Assembly: GCA_020891255.1 (NCBI GenBank)
Contig: BQFW01000002.1
Location: 1,488,001 to 1,552,000, forward strand
Origin: Entomortierella parvispora E1425
Taxonomy: Eukaryota; Fungi; Mortierellomycota
Direction: 5' to 3'
DNA: 64,000 bases
The notes under the pieces are model-generated. The model saw nothing but the letters and a program-made list of their open reading frames with translations, ran no database searches and was not told the origin of the DNA. Shown here in pieces: positions 37,012 to 48,795 of the stretch. The translations under genes and the position numbers were made by a program. How positions within the stretch are numbered: the first letter of the stretch is position 1; every line of letters begins with the position of its first letter.

Positions 37012-40000
37012 TCAAAAGCTGCAATTTATGTCCCAGACCTTCCCTGGATCTAAGGCTCTATCTATGTCGGCGCCTTGATCTTCAGTTGAGTTGTTGTCAT
37101 TGCTTTTATCAAAGCTGCCTGTACGGCCGTTCTGCTTTACACAGGCTGTGGCCTTGGATTGAGTACGTCTCTGCTTCCGATGTGTCCTTGGAATCACTTG
37201 CTGGGTGTTTTCCCTGCAAAGGTTTGAACTTTCAAACCAAACGGCGGAATTCTCTTGAACCCTGGAGGCTCTCTCCTCAGACATGTCCAAAGTCACGTCG
37301 TCTTCTCTCTTCCCCTTTTCCTCCACTTTTGCAGACACGCTGTCAGCACCTTGGGTAGCGGTACAAAAGAGTGGCATCGCTGTTGCCCAGGTCGTGGATG
37401 TGATCAAAGTTGACTGCGCACTGAACTCGCGCCTGGTGGCTTTTGCTGGACTCTGCTCTGAAATCCGAACGTCTGAAAGTCGCCGTTGATGATTCTGCAT
37501 CATATTCTGACCCAGAGCTTGAACCTGACTTCGTCGACCCACGAGGGTCAGCATTGTCTCCAGTCTGTGAAAAGTTTTTGTCCATGAGTCTCTCCTGTTG
37601 ATGGCCTGTGGAAAGGACTCAACGGGTTGTTCGCGCCGCTGTTTCTGCTGCTGCTGTTGCTGTTCTAGGAGTTTAGCCTGACTCTGATTCTGGCCGGCTC
37701 CTTCAAAATTTTCTTGGCATTCAGAGCCATGGATGGGGTGGTCCCGGCTGTCATCCTGCAGAGGTTGGTCCGATTCTTGGAAAACAGGCCCGCCTGTACT
37801 AACACAAGGGATAGACACCAAAGAAGAAGAAGAAGAAGGGGAAGAGGCGGAGGTGGAAGGCGAAGACGAGGAACTGTGGGGCCTGCCACGACCCAATTGG
37901 GCTCTCGGTCGATGAGGCGCACGTGGCCTACCATGGTAATGGTGATGGTGAACTCCTCCTTTGAATCTGTTGGTAATGACAATCGACCCATTGCTCCTCC
38001 TTCTCGTTCTATGCTTCTTCCGGTCCTTGATCTGCTTGGGGTGCACCTTGTTCTCGTGAAGATTTGGTCCGCCTACACTTTCTGTTGTTGGAACACAGGT
38101 TTTTGTGGGAGTAAAAGATTCTGGATCTGGACACAGAGTTCGTTGCCTCTGGAAGCCAACATTACTGTTCGGCACTATGACTGTGGACGACGATCCGTTG
38201 GGACTGGAGCCATGTAAAGGCGGAGGCACATCCGCGGTTGTAGGACTAGCGGTATTGGGGCTGGGGGTTTCTCCATGAGCCTTTTCTTTACCCTTGTCCA
38301 GGGTACGTTTGCCTAGATCCAAAGAGTCTCGGGGATGGCTTGACCGACCCCGGTTGTCGCGGTGTCCATGTTGCTGTTGTTGTGGCCAGCTCGACAAAAC
38401 TGCCTCGGTTAATTGTTTCGGCAGGGTGGCACGGTGCTGTTGCAAGATCAAAGGAACCTTGCCTTCGTGTTCAGGGCTGCTGGCACCGCTGCCTCGGTTG
38501 CCATGAAGAGAAGAAATAGATTGATCGGGATGTTTGACAGCACTTGGGAGAAGCCGTAGATTACCTGGCGCTGTGGTCGTCTGAGGGGAGACTGATCCCT
38601 TGAATACGATCGACCTATGGCAACCATCTGTGGAGACATATTTCCCCGTTGAATTACTACCATTATCCGATAGCCGCGTGGTTCGGTCACGGACGGTAGA
38701 GGGAGAGGGTAGTCGCGACCGGATAGAATGATCCTGGCCCATGATTTCCCGGACTTGAATATCATGATGTTCCATTTCTTGGTGAGCTGTAGTCAACAGG
38801 TGTTGCAACGTCTTGAATGGTACCTGGTTGTATTTCCATCCAAAGGCCGCCCATGTCGGGTCCATCGTTTCCTGCTCCCTCCTCGCTAGTCGTCGGAGAG
38901 CTGCCGCCGATGGCCCTTTTTCAGGTAAAGTGTCACTTTCCTCCCCACTCTCACTCGATTCATGAGTCCCTACTTTGACATGCGGCGATCGCAGCTGTTG
39001 TAGTGATGGAGAGATGTATCCATGAAGCACCCTAGGGTTCCCTGTGTATTGAGCCATATCTTCTCTGGTCAACATCGCGTAGCTAAATTCTCGTCCAACC
39101 AGCTCCCCAAGGCTCCGTTGAAATTTCTGAACCATATCACGATCCATTAGGAACTCTGACTCCATCCCATCCAAGAGCAGAGATCCTTGCAGAGGCGGCA
39201 CATCTGGATGCGAAAGATGCCTTACAAACTCGTGCTGGACAAGACTCAGCCTTTGCTCATGGGCTCTGCAAGCTCTGTAAAGATCGACACAGATATCATA
39301 TGTGACACTGTTGAGTTGGTTGTCGTATTCACATTGGATCGCCTTTGCAGTCTCTGAAAAAGCCTGCACAGCATCGGTGCCCTCCTCTTGGGCCGCTGAA
39401 GAGCGGTTTGTATCCTGATTGTTTCCGCCACCCGAGCCTTGAGCTTCATCGGCACACATGCGCTCTGCATCCAAACGGCTAGTGGAGTCGGCTCTGGTTG
39501 TTCTGGTAGGCTTGTGTTGATCGGCAGACTCCTGGGAAGCAATTGTTGGATGGGGCTGGTCTTGAACGAAAACCTTACGGGACGAGGCTGATAGAGAAAA
39601 AACAACGGATCTTGGTTGCTCAGGCGGCGAGGACCCCGAAGAGAACGCTCGTGTCCGGCGAGGAGAAGACATCAGCCGAAGACACTTGGCACGAAAATTG
39701 ATCCTAGATTTTGCCCCGTTGGCATACCCCTCCTCACTATCAGCTCCATCTTCTTTTGGCTCGCCACTGTTGTCGTTGACGCTTTCGTTTTCGTAGGCGT
39801 TGTCGTCAGCATTGTACTCATCTAAGTCGTCGTCGGTATCGATGTCTTGCTCCTCTTTCGGATTACTTCTGGAGCAGGTTATTTGCTCCTGTGGTTCGTG
39901 AGAAGACCATCTTTGAGAGGGGATGGCCATACTCAGGTGTCTTGCGGAAGGAAGGATAGTTGTTGTCTGGCTAATCCTCCGCTCAAAGGGTGATGTCCTA

Positions 40001-40426
40001 ATCCTAGGTGCTGACGGTGCAGTCACTGCAATGGAGGCAAAGGTCGACGAGGTCATGGCCAAGGCCGCGACTGCTGAGTGAGGCACCCTTGACTTTTGAA
40101 ATATCCTCCTTACCGATTGACTACCTATTAATCATTGTTCAGTCGACAAAAAGTCGAAAACATTAGATACGTTCTCTTTTTTTTTTTTTTTTTTTTTTTT
40201 TCTATTTTTTTTTTTTTGTCCACTCATATAAAGCTGACGTACATCGACCCAAGACCCCTTTCTCTTCTTCTCTTGCTCGTCTGCTGACGTTTGATGTCGA
40301 CTGGGGCGTTACCAGCGCAGATTTCCTGGAGAGACCGTTTTGATGACCGTGATTGAGCCTCTCGTCAACGCTTTCTCTGCCATTCACGTTGCAGTCCGCA
40401 CTGCGCTTGTTAAGACGGTGGACCAT
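37012..40426 (-). CDS. Large low-complexity hypothetical protein, about 1100 aa, 2 exons
   Basis: Exon 40426-40243 (phase-1 GTACGT donor) joins the TAG acceptor at 40125 in frame with the 1024-codon ORF. Confidence 0.65.
40177..40217. repeat. About 40-nt poly(dT:dA) tract inside intron 1 of the 37012-40426 gene
   Basis: Directly visible T-run, interrupted by CTA. Confidence 0.9.
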
Positions 40427-41247
40427 TGGTTGGTCAGTGCGCTGATTATTTAGGTGTTGTGAAGGCGGATTGAAGAATGGCTGGGATGTGGACGGTGATA
40501 CGCTTGTAGGGAGGTAAAGTGTGTTTAGTGTGTTTATTGTTCTTTCCTGCTGATCGACTCTGCGCCAAGAATAAAGAAATGGGTAAACGAGGGAAAGGAA
40601 GAGCGGGGGGACATTTTTCTCGCTTTGCGCAACAACTGTGCTCTTTAGCTTTTATGAGAACCCTCTGCTTCTTTGTCCAGTTGAGTGGTGACGATGAAAT
40701 CCAACAACGACATGAATGGCTGACGAGCTCCCTTTCGACCTTTTTTTTTCTTTTTTTTTTCTCTGAAAACCCGACCAAGACCATATTCCTGCTGCCTGCT
40801 CTTCTCGTCTTGACCAGAAAAGTGGAGGAAGAGGGGTCAGGAGAGATCTTTGACCCATGTTCTGTTAATTCAACGAAGGAAACGGCGGGAATATCTTTTT
40901 CTGATAAATGCCGACCTGAACTCGAAGGAATGGATTTCACCTACAAGGCACGAAGACCCCTCTGATCAGGCAACAATGAGTCGGAGAAAACCCGGACCTA
41001 CTTTACTCTCCATCAATATCTTTTTACAGCGTTCTATATCTTCACCGAGCCTCCTCCTTCCGAGTAAAAGTTCTCTTTGTTCGAACAAAGACTTTTTTTT
41101 TTTTTTGGTTTGTTTATTTTGACCAAGATGAAGATATTCCGCTCTTTCACCTCTAGACACAATGACCTTGCTAACAGCATGCTGCTTTCATGTGCTCTTT
41201 GTATCACGAGTATAAAAGGTGCGGATACCGATTACAATATAAAGGTT

Positions 41248-43138
41248 TTACTGAGCACGTCCGGCAGGGGCAGCAGGCTGCTGAACAGCGGCCTCGCCGA
41301 AACGAGTAATGGCACCGCGAGCGATGGTGTAGGCCTGAACAACCATGGGAGGGATCTTGGGGTTACCGCCGGCGGGCACAATCAAGTTGTCGAGACGGGC
41401 ACGGATAAGCGCAAAAGCGGCGCGGGTGTGGAGCGAGAAGAAATAACGGAAGCGCAAAAAGTTGGCGTACACGATGGGCGAGAGGAACGAGGACTGGAAG
41501 CTGTTTTGAAGTAAGAGCATATCGGCATTAGTTTTTTCTTTTTCTTTTTTCTCTTTTTTTTTTTTTTTTTTTTTGCCATGATACAATATCATGGATATAA
41601 ATGACAAGAATCGTGGGTACGTACGTGATGGCTCCAAAGATGAGCGATCCCATGACACCGATGACTTCAACATAGGCAACAAAGGCCATGGCAGCAGCGT
41701 GGTTCTTCTCGGTCCAGACCTGGATCTTGCGGGAAATAGCTGCGACCTGGTTGTAGGTGGCATCCGTAACTCCAGCGGGTGGCGCAGGGAAGAAGGCAGG
41801 GAGGATATTGGTCCTTGTGTAGTTGAGGGAGTTGAAGAAGGCAAAGATCGCGTATGGGATCAAGGGAGCTATAATGATTTGAGATGTCAATTTGAGATTG
41901 AGGTGTTAGCAGTCCGCTAATTGAATACGTGGCGATCAGTCCGACAAGTTCCGCCACTGCAATCCTCTATGTTATCCATACCGAGCATGGGGGTAGATCT
42001 CCACCAGAAAATGGCCATCAAGAGGTACTGGACATTCTCCTATTAAACGGAATCAAAAAAGGGGAAATGAGACTCTTGGCACAAAAAGTGCGGCGATCAT
42101 CGATTGATTGATTGGGTGTGATCTCCAATCTGAGAGTGCAACGTGGATGTAGGAAGGTGGTCCAGGATACATACCTCGCTAAAGAGAGTCTGGGCAAACT
42201 GTGCCGTGAACTGAACCTGCTGTGTTGCAGGAGAAAAGGCAGGAAACAGGAAAACGCACGTTAATATGAGGGCCATACACGCGCACTGATAAAAAGTATT
42301 TGTCTCGTGCTACTCTGATCGTCCACGTTGTCCTTCACGCCAAGCCAAGCCCAGAGAAAGAAAGGTGTCCCTGTATTGGTCGAGGACCTCGTCTCCTTTT
42401 GGTGCTTTGCTCCTGTCCCTTGCTCTCGCCCAGGCTCTGTTTGTCCTCACGCAACGGACAGACGCAGGGGCGAACATGGTCTTGGCCCTTCAAACAGACC
42501 CTGCCAGGGAGTCGACACTTGCCCCGAAACGTCAGCCACGTCTCAACTTCCTGCTCCAGCTTGCTCCAGTCAGTCCCATCTGAACTGGGTTTAGCAGTGG
42601 ACGGTGTGATCCAGCTCCCTGCTCATTCTGATTCCGAGGATCCAGGTGCTTGCTCATTCGTATGATCTGAATTCCTTTGCCAGCCCAGCATCTACAAAAG
42701 ACCGCTTCTTTGGTACTCCTGAACAACTAGACTTACGGCAGGCAAAGACTTGTAAACGACAACGCTGTAACTGACGAGAGCACCAAAGAAGGCGCGCGTA
42801 AACCAGTGAGCGCCAGCTTTGTAGTTGAAGGTGAACCAGTATGGGAGGTAGAGGGCAGTGCAGACCAGCATAGTGACGTGACCCAACCACCAGATGAATT
42901 GGGGTCCCTGTCAGCACCATAGATCATCCAAAGGATAAACCCCGGCGGGTAGAGGAGAGGAGAATTCACCATGAGAGAAAGGGACGAGAAGTCGGACATT
43001 GAGGAGGAAAAAAGCAGAGGATGAGCGATGGATTAGACGACGTGTCTTGTTCGTGTGCTTTGGTGAGCGCCAGCAGCGGGATGATGAGAAAGGTACCTTG
43101 ATGAGGGCCTGAAGGCGTTCGCTGAGAGTTAATGCCAT
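41248..43138 (-). CDS. POM33: TMEM33/Pom33 (UPF0121) ER and nuclear-pore membrane protein, multi-exon
   Basis: QFIWWLGH, ALVSYSVVVYKS, ENVQYLLMAIFWW, PLIPYAIFAFF and YANFLRFRY after splicing five GT-AG introns. Confidence 0.88.
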
Positions 43139-43480
43139 TGCTGAGGAGGTGTGGATGAGGTACGGCGACGGATGGATGGATGGATGAAGAGAAGTGAAAA
43201 AAGAGAAAGAAGGAGAAAGAAGAAAAACGAAACGAGATGGCCCAAAGGAAAAAGAGATCAAGCGACGACTCACCGAAGAATAAAAATTGCTTTATTTGAA
43301 CTAAAGAAACGCTTTTTTTTTTGCGCTTCTCTCTTTCCTCCCGGCTCATGATCCCATTATTCCAAAGGCCACGAACACGTAGCACTCGGAAGATCATCGA
43401 ATAAAGACTGTTGTTACTCAGCATCACTTTCTACGCCCAGACGAAGCCGCGGCAAAGGCAATCCCGTGGCAAAAGGGGCT

Positions 43481-45380
43481 TTAGGCATTGGGGGACATTG
43501 ACCCAGGCGAAGTGGCAGAGCTCGAACCATTGTAAGTGGTCGTGGGCAAAGCTGGGACAATCCCATTGTGGGTATAGATCTTGGCGGAGGGCGATGCCGA
43601 TCGGATGACACTTTGAGCTCTATTCAACTTGTACACCTGTGCTACCTCTTCGTCCTGGGCGACCTTTGGCGAGAGGCTGGACTGGGAGTTGTAGGGTATG
43701 TATGTTGAAGAAGGCTGATATGGCAAGGGCTGCAAGATTGGGGGCAGGGTGGCTTGCTGCTGTGCCGCTGGTTGCTGTTGAGTGTACTGCTGCTGCTGTT
43801 GTTGCAAGGCCTGCTCAGCCTGCTGCTGCTGGTGGTATTGCTGCTCTTGTTCCTGCTGATAGATTTGTTGTTGCTCCTCTTCCTGTTGTTGCTGCTGCTG
43901 CTGCTGTTGTTGCTCCTGCTGAGTCTGCTGCTGCTGCTGTTGTTGTTGTTGTTGTTGTTGCTCTTCTTGCTCGGCGCTGTGCTGCTGCTTTTCCTGCGAA
44001 TGTTCCTGTGGGGATTCCTGTGAAGCAGTGTTGGCTGGTTCGTTTTGCTCCTGTCCCTGCGCGACAACAACAGGTGTCTCTTCCTCAATAGGCAAACCAA
44101 GGTCGGATCTCCATCGGTTCATAAACTTCTTGACAGAGGCCTGGTGCAACATCCGGTTCTTGGACCCCAGGAGCAAAGTCTGGAGCAAGCACAAGTCCGA
44201 ATGTGAGTTTGCAAACTGGCCCTGGTTAATGGAGATGGCCAAATCCGTCAGGCTGGCTGCCGGTGCTCCTAACTGCTGAGTCTCCAATTCGGAGGTCGAC
44301 AATGCAAAAGGAGGACCGCCCGAGATTTTCTCTGCTGCCATCTCTTTCAAATCTTCGATCGTGAATCCAAACTGGAAGAACGCGATATTGTTCTCCTCTA
44401 ATTGCTTCAGGATCCTGGACTTGGCCTTCCAAAGGTGGTTGGTCGTCAAGGTATCAGCCTTGGCCAGCACAGGGATGAGGTTAACCTTGTGCATGATGCG
44501 CTTCATGAAGATAATATCGACGGGTTTCAGGTCGTAAAGTACAAAGTACAAACACGCATCAGGGAGGGAATGGGCCATGGTAGAGTCGATCAAGAGTTGC
44601 TCGAGGAAGGGGCCAAGCTGGGGTTGGTTTTCCTGGTATGAGGTAGATGCGGGAGTGATGGAGGGTCCAAAGAGTCCGCGTGTAGCCACATATTGCTCAG
44701 TCAAGAACGAGTCGACTCGGTCAATGGTCTGGCGAGCATCCAATGCCTGACCGTAACCAACAAAGTCGTGCAGGACAATGTTCTCAGCTGGGACCATGTC
44801 CCTAGCTGTCTCGCCATCAATTGCTGTCGGGGACGATACCGACAGCCAGCTGGGGATCTCAAGGGTGCTAACAGCGCCTTTGTGAAGGTATTTGTCGTCG
44901 TGCCCATTGGCTTTGCCGTTAGCGCCATTACTAGCTCCGTTGGTAGTGCCATTGGAAATACCATTGGCAGCGCCATTGTTGTCTTCAGTCGCGTCGTTGA
45001 TGGCGAGGGCAGAGATGTCAGGCGAGGAGACTGAGTCCAGTAGTTGAGCTGCATCGACTTGTCCAGGCACTGAGTTCAGGAACAGCGACCGCGATTGGGA
45101 CTTGCCCACACCAGAGTCTCCGACGAGGACTAGGCGCAGGGAGGGAGCAATCTCTGTGGAAACAATAAAGAAAAGCAAACAAGGAGTGAGGAATGTGGTA
45201 ATTGCGTGAAGGGAGCGCGATGATGTGGTCCTGAAGGGTTCATGTCAGCTCCGTTTGATGCCACTCTCTGCTGTGCTGCGAATGCCTGTGCGGGATGTCT
45301 GGGCGAAGAGGGACTGGTCTCTCGTTTCTCGGCCGAGATGGACCGACTGACTGCTTACCGAGAGGAAGAGTGCCTGCCAT
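43481..45380 (-). CDS. Atypical septin-family GTPase with polyQ C-terminus, 2 exons
   Basis: Exon 1 MAGTLPL (45380-45359), intron 45358-45154. G1 GDSGVGKS, G3-like DFVGYG, LKPVDIIFMK and G4 NLIPVLAKAD. Confidence 0.82.
43787..43970 (-). repeat. CAG/CAA trinucleotide tracts encoding poly-glutamine
   Basis: Runs of TGC/TGT on the + strand; QQQQQQQQQQQQ in the translation. Confidence 0.95.
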
Positions 45381-45662
45381 GGGTAGTGCTGGGTGTTGAC
45401 TAGGCGGATGCGGAAGGGGATGCGAGAAGTGAATGATGGAAGAGGAAACAAAGAGACGAAAGACTCGAAGCCGTGGGCCAACAAACAACAACTAAAGGAA
45501 AGGCGGGCTCAGCCCAGGCAAGATTGATTGAGGGTGGTGGTGCTAGTGTCACTGCACTGCCCCCGCCCAGTTGCTCAAGTGCTCTTCTGCACTACTGGTG
45601 CGCTACCGCATCAATTGTCGTTGCCATGGTGCTGCCTCTACGGCACTTTTTATTGCTCTATC

Positions 45663-48463
45663 CTACTCGGCCATGGCATCGAGCCACTTGCACTCGAATC
45701 GACCAATGGACCCATGTCCTGCTGGGATGCGTTGGATCCACTCCTCTCGTTCTTCGACTGGCTCGCCCTGTCCTGTCCAACGACGTCCATTCATCGCAGC
45801 CTGTGCAAAGCAAATATCCTGGATTTGCCTAGCCTTTTCTTCCCCCTCCGCCTTGACATCCCTGTCCTTCGTCGTTGATCGAACCAGAGTTGCAGACAGA
45901 CATTTCCTCTTTGCCTTCTTGATCAAATCGTGTACAGACTCCTTGGATCGTCGCCAGCATCCTCCAATTGCAGAGGAGACTCGCTTGAATGGCAAAGGCA
46001 GCGATATCGATTCCTCCTGGCCATCTGCAGTGAGGATGGGGACGGGCACTGGCACTGGCTCCACTGGCTGCTCTTCTGACTCGCTCTCTAGGAGAACAGT
46101 GGTCCCTGAAATGACTTCTGCATCTTCTTGTTGCGAAGATACCAGATCATTTTGAAGAAAGCATCCATGCTCTTGAAAATGTGCAAAATGACGTTCATAA
46201 AATGCCTCGGGTTTTGGATGCGCCTCTTCGGGATCGATTTCGGCTGCCCTCATTGCTGTCGTGTCATTGACATCAAGGACCGCTGCATGCTCTTCCAATG
46301 TATGACTTAGAGCGTTCTTGACCTTGATCTTGGTTTGTAAACTCTGAGGGTACCGTCGGCTCCTTGACTTTGTGTAGAAGAGAGGGCGTTGCCATCGCGC
46401 TGATAGGAAAGTGGTGATAGAAGCGTACGTTGCCACCGTCAGTTGGTTGAGTGAATTGCAGCGACTTGGAGACAATGGCAGCATTCCTGAACCTACACCA
46501 GCCCCATCATCTGAAATACTTTGAGAGAGCCGTCGGATACGTTGCCTGAGTTCGCTTGGATTCAACGAAACCTGGCCCGCCATGGAGGAGTAGGGACTCT
46601 GGTATGATGTACTTGTAGAGATCCCCAGACTTGGACAATGTGAGACGCGGATTATTGGCGGTGACATTGGCTCGAGAATTGGGGGGGATACCTGGGCAGG
46701 TTCCTGCTCCAGCTCTTGAGATCGATGAGTGTCATTGACGGCCTTTTCCTGGCCCTTCTTTGATAAGGTCGACGGTGTCATGAGCATCGAAGGACGAGTA
46801 GCTTCCTGGCAAAGCTGTCGGTACCGCTCCAGCCGCTTTCCGAACGAGGTCAAAGCGGGGGTGGCATTCCTGTATTCCTCTGATACTGTTGAGGTCGACG
46901 CTGATGCACTGTGATGACCCGAGCTATCGGACGCCGCCTCAGGTTTGGAACCACCTTCCCCCTTTGGCCCGACATAGATTCTCCGAAACCGGGCTACCAC
47001 CCTGGGCTCCGTCTCTCGTCGATAGGCAGGGTCTGGCAAGATAATGTTGGATCGACGACGGATTCCATCTCGCCCGTTCCTGACCCTGAGTCGATGAAGA
47101 AACTGACCATGGATAATTTCGCGTTTCCGAGCTTCCTCTTTTTCCAGAAGATCGGAGGAGTGCTGTGCTTCTTGGAAGGAGGCCGAGGGCGTGGTGATCA
47201 TGGTGACAGACGGACCGTTGTTGGAGAGGTATTGGATTTTTCGCGGATAAGGAAACTTCGGTGGTCTCTGAGGCACAACTTGTTGGAAAGGAACTCCTGG
47301 ATGGACCTGAAGGAAAGGGTTGTCGCTGTTATGATACAAGACGCTGTCGTCTGTTTTTGGAAATGAGATCCATCGCAGCTTCTTTTGGTTCCTGCCCTTG
47401 CCTTTGTCCTTGTCCTTGCCAAAACATCTGTGCCATGACCTTCTAACTGTTACAAATATGTCAGGAAGGGCAAAGAATAGGTATCGCGCATGTAGGCAGA
47501 TAGAACAACACCACTGAATCACCAAGCGACAGACAAGAGATCAAGGAGTGCAGGCTGACACGATCCAAGGGAGGTTTGCGCGATTCCAGTTCACGGTCAA
47601 TTGATCAACAAACGCGTGTCGCGATTCGTCTTTCTTTTTCTTTGCCTTTTTTTTGCTCTGCAATCCACCCTGTCAGCTTTCATCAATATACCTTGTTGAA
47701 AACGCCGAAGGATTCCAGATCGGGCCTTCGATCCGCGATCGGTTTCATCATGGGTCGAGCGGTTTTTGTCAGGCACAGAGGCTGAAGCCTTGTGTTGTTG
47801 CTGTTTTTTCTCCATCCGATCGTTAATCTCCCGCTGGGGTTGAGGTGATGTTAACTGGTTCGTAAACGCGCTCCCGCCAAAGTCGCACGCAAGGTTCGAT
47901 TGATGATGTCTCTCATTTTCAACGCTTTGTTCGCGGTCGCAATAATATGTCGAGCCTCTGATCACAGTCTCTGAGGATGCTGTGTCAACACTGCCTTTCT
48001 GTACTGTGGTTTCTACCAGATCCAAAGAAACGACTGAGGCTCCAAAGGGGGTCTTCCGCGGGAGAAATCTCTCGTCAAGACGGTCCTCGCCTGGTGAAAG
48101 AGGTGTATCCGGCTCAGAGATATTTTCTAGGTCGTCACTGAGGGATGCATTAGGCATGGAAATGCTCTCGAGGCTGGACTTTCTTGAACGACCCAACCCA
48201 TTATTGAAAATGGCTTTTCTATCAGGATTGCCCGAAAAGGCGGAGGCTTTGATATCCAAGCTGCCTTGGAATTGATTTTGGACATCTGTGGTGTTTGGAA
48301 AGAGGTTTTGGAAGGAGATATCGGGACTTCTGACGATCAGCTTTGGCAGCCGAACAATGGGTGGTTGCCGATGCTGGAGGCATGCTGTTTGGGAGGGTGG
48401 TGATTGGAGGCCTGAAGAATCATTGGTGCTTCGAGGCGAAAACATGGAGGTTTGAGGCTCCAT
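45663..48463 (-). CDS. Low-complexity hypothetical protein, 2 exons
   Basis: Phase-1 GTATAT donor at 47691 and CAG acceptor at 47447 (branch-like CCTGAC) join the 288- and 620-codon ORFs in frame. Confidence 0.6.
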
Positions 48464-48795
48464 AATGTGGAAATGAGATGGAGTAGTAAGGCTGTTTTAC
48501 CAGTTGGTAGGTGGGTGTACTGTGCTGATCTAATGCAGGGGCGGAGGGTTCCTTTTTATATTTTAGGGGTCCCAGGCCAAACCTGAGGACGCGACACGAA
48601 AGTATATTCAACCATCACAAAGGCCTGTGATAGGGTATTGATGCCTTGATCACTTGTGGGCCTCGCTCGCATGAAGATAAGTACACGAAAGCATAGCATC
48701 TGGGTGCGAGATGTCTTGACGACGCTGTGCCAATGCCATGTATTGAAATCAAAAGAATGACTTTTTTTTTTCTTTATGGAAAAAAGATGTTGATA

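Noticed and set aside
40177-40217. Long A-tract (sense strand) as a retroposon tail
   Set aside because: No target-site duplication or element body; homopolymers are common in introns throughout the window.
45245-45247. TGA apparently in frame with the septin ORF
   Set aside because: It lies in intron 45358-45154; the spliced model is clean.
47541-47543. TGA apparently in frame with the 620-codon ORF
   Set aside because: It lies inside intron 47691-47447.
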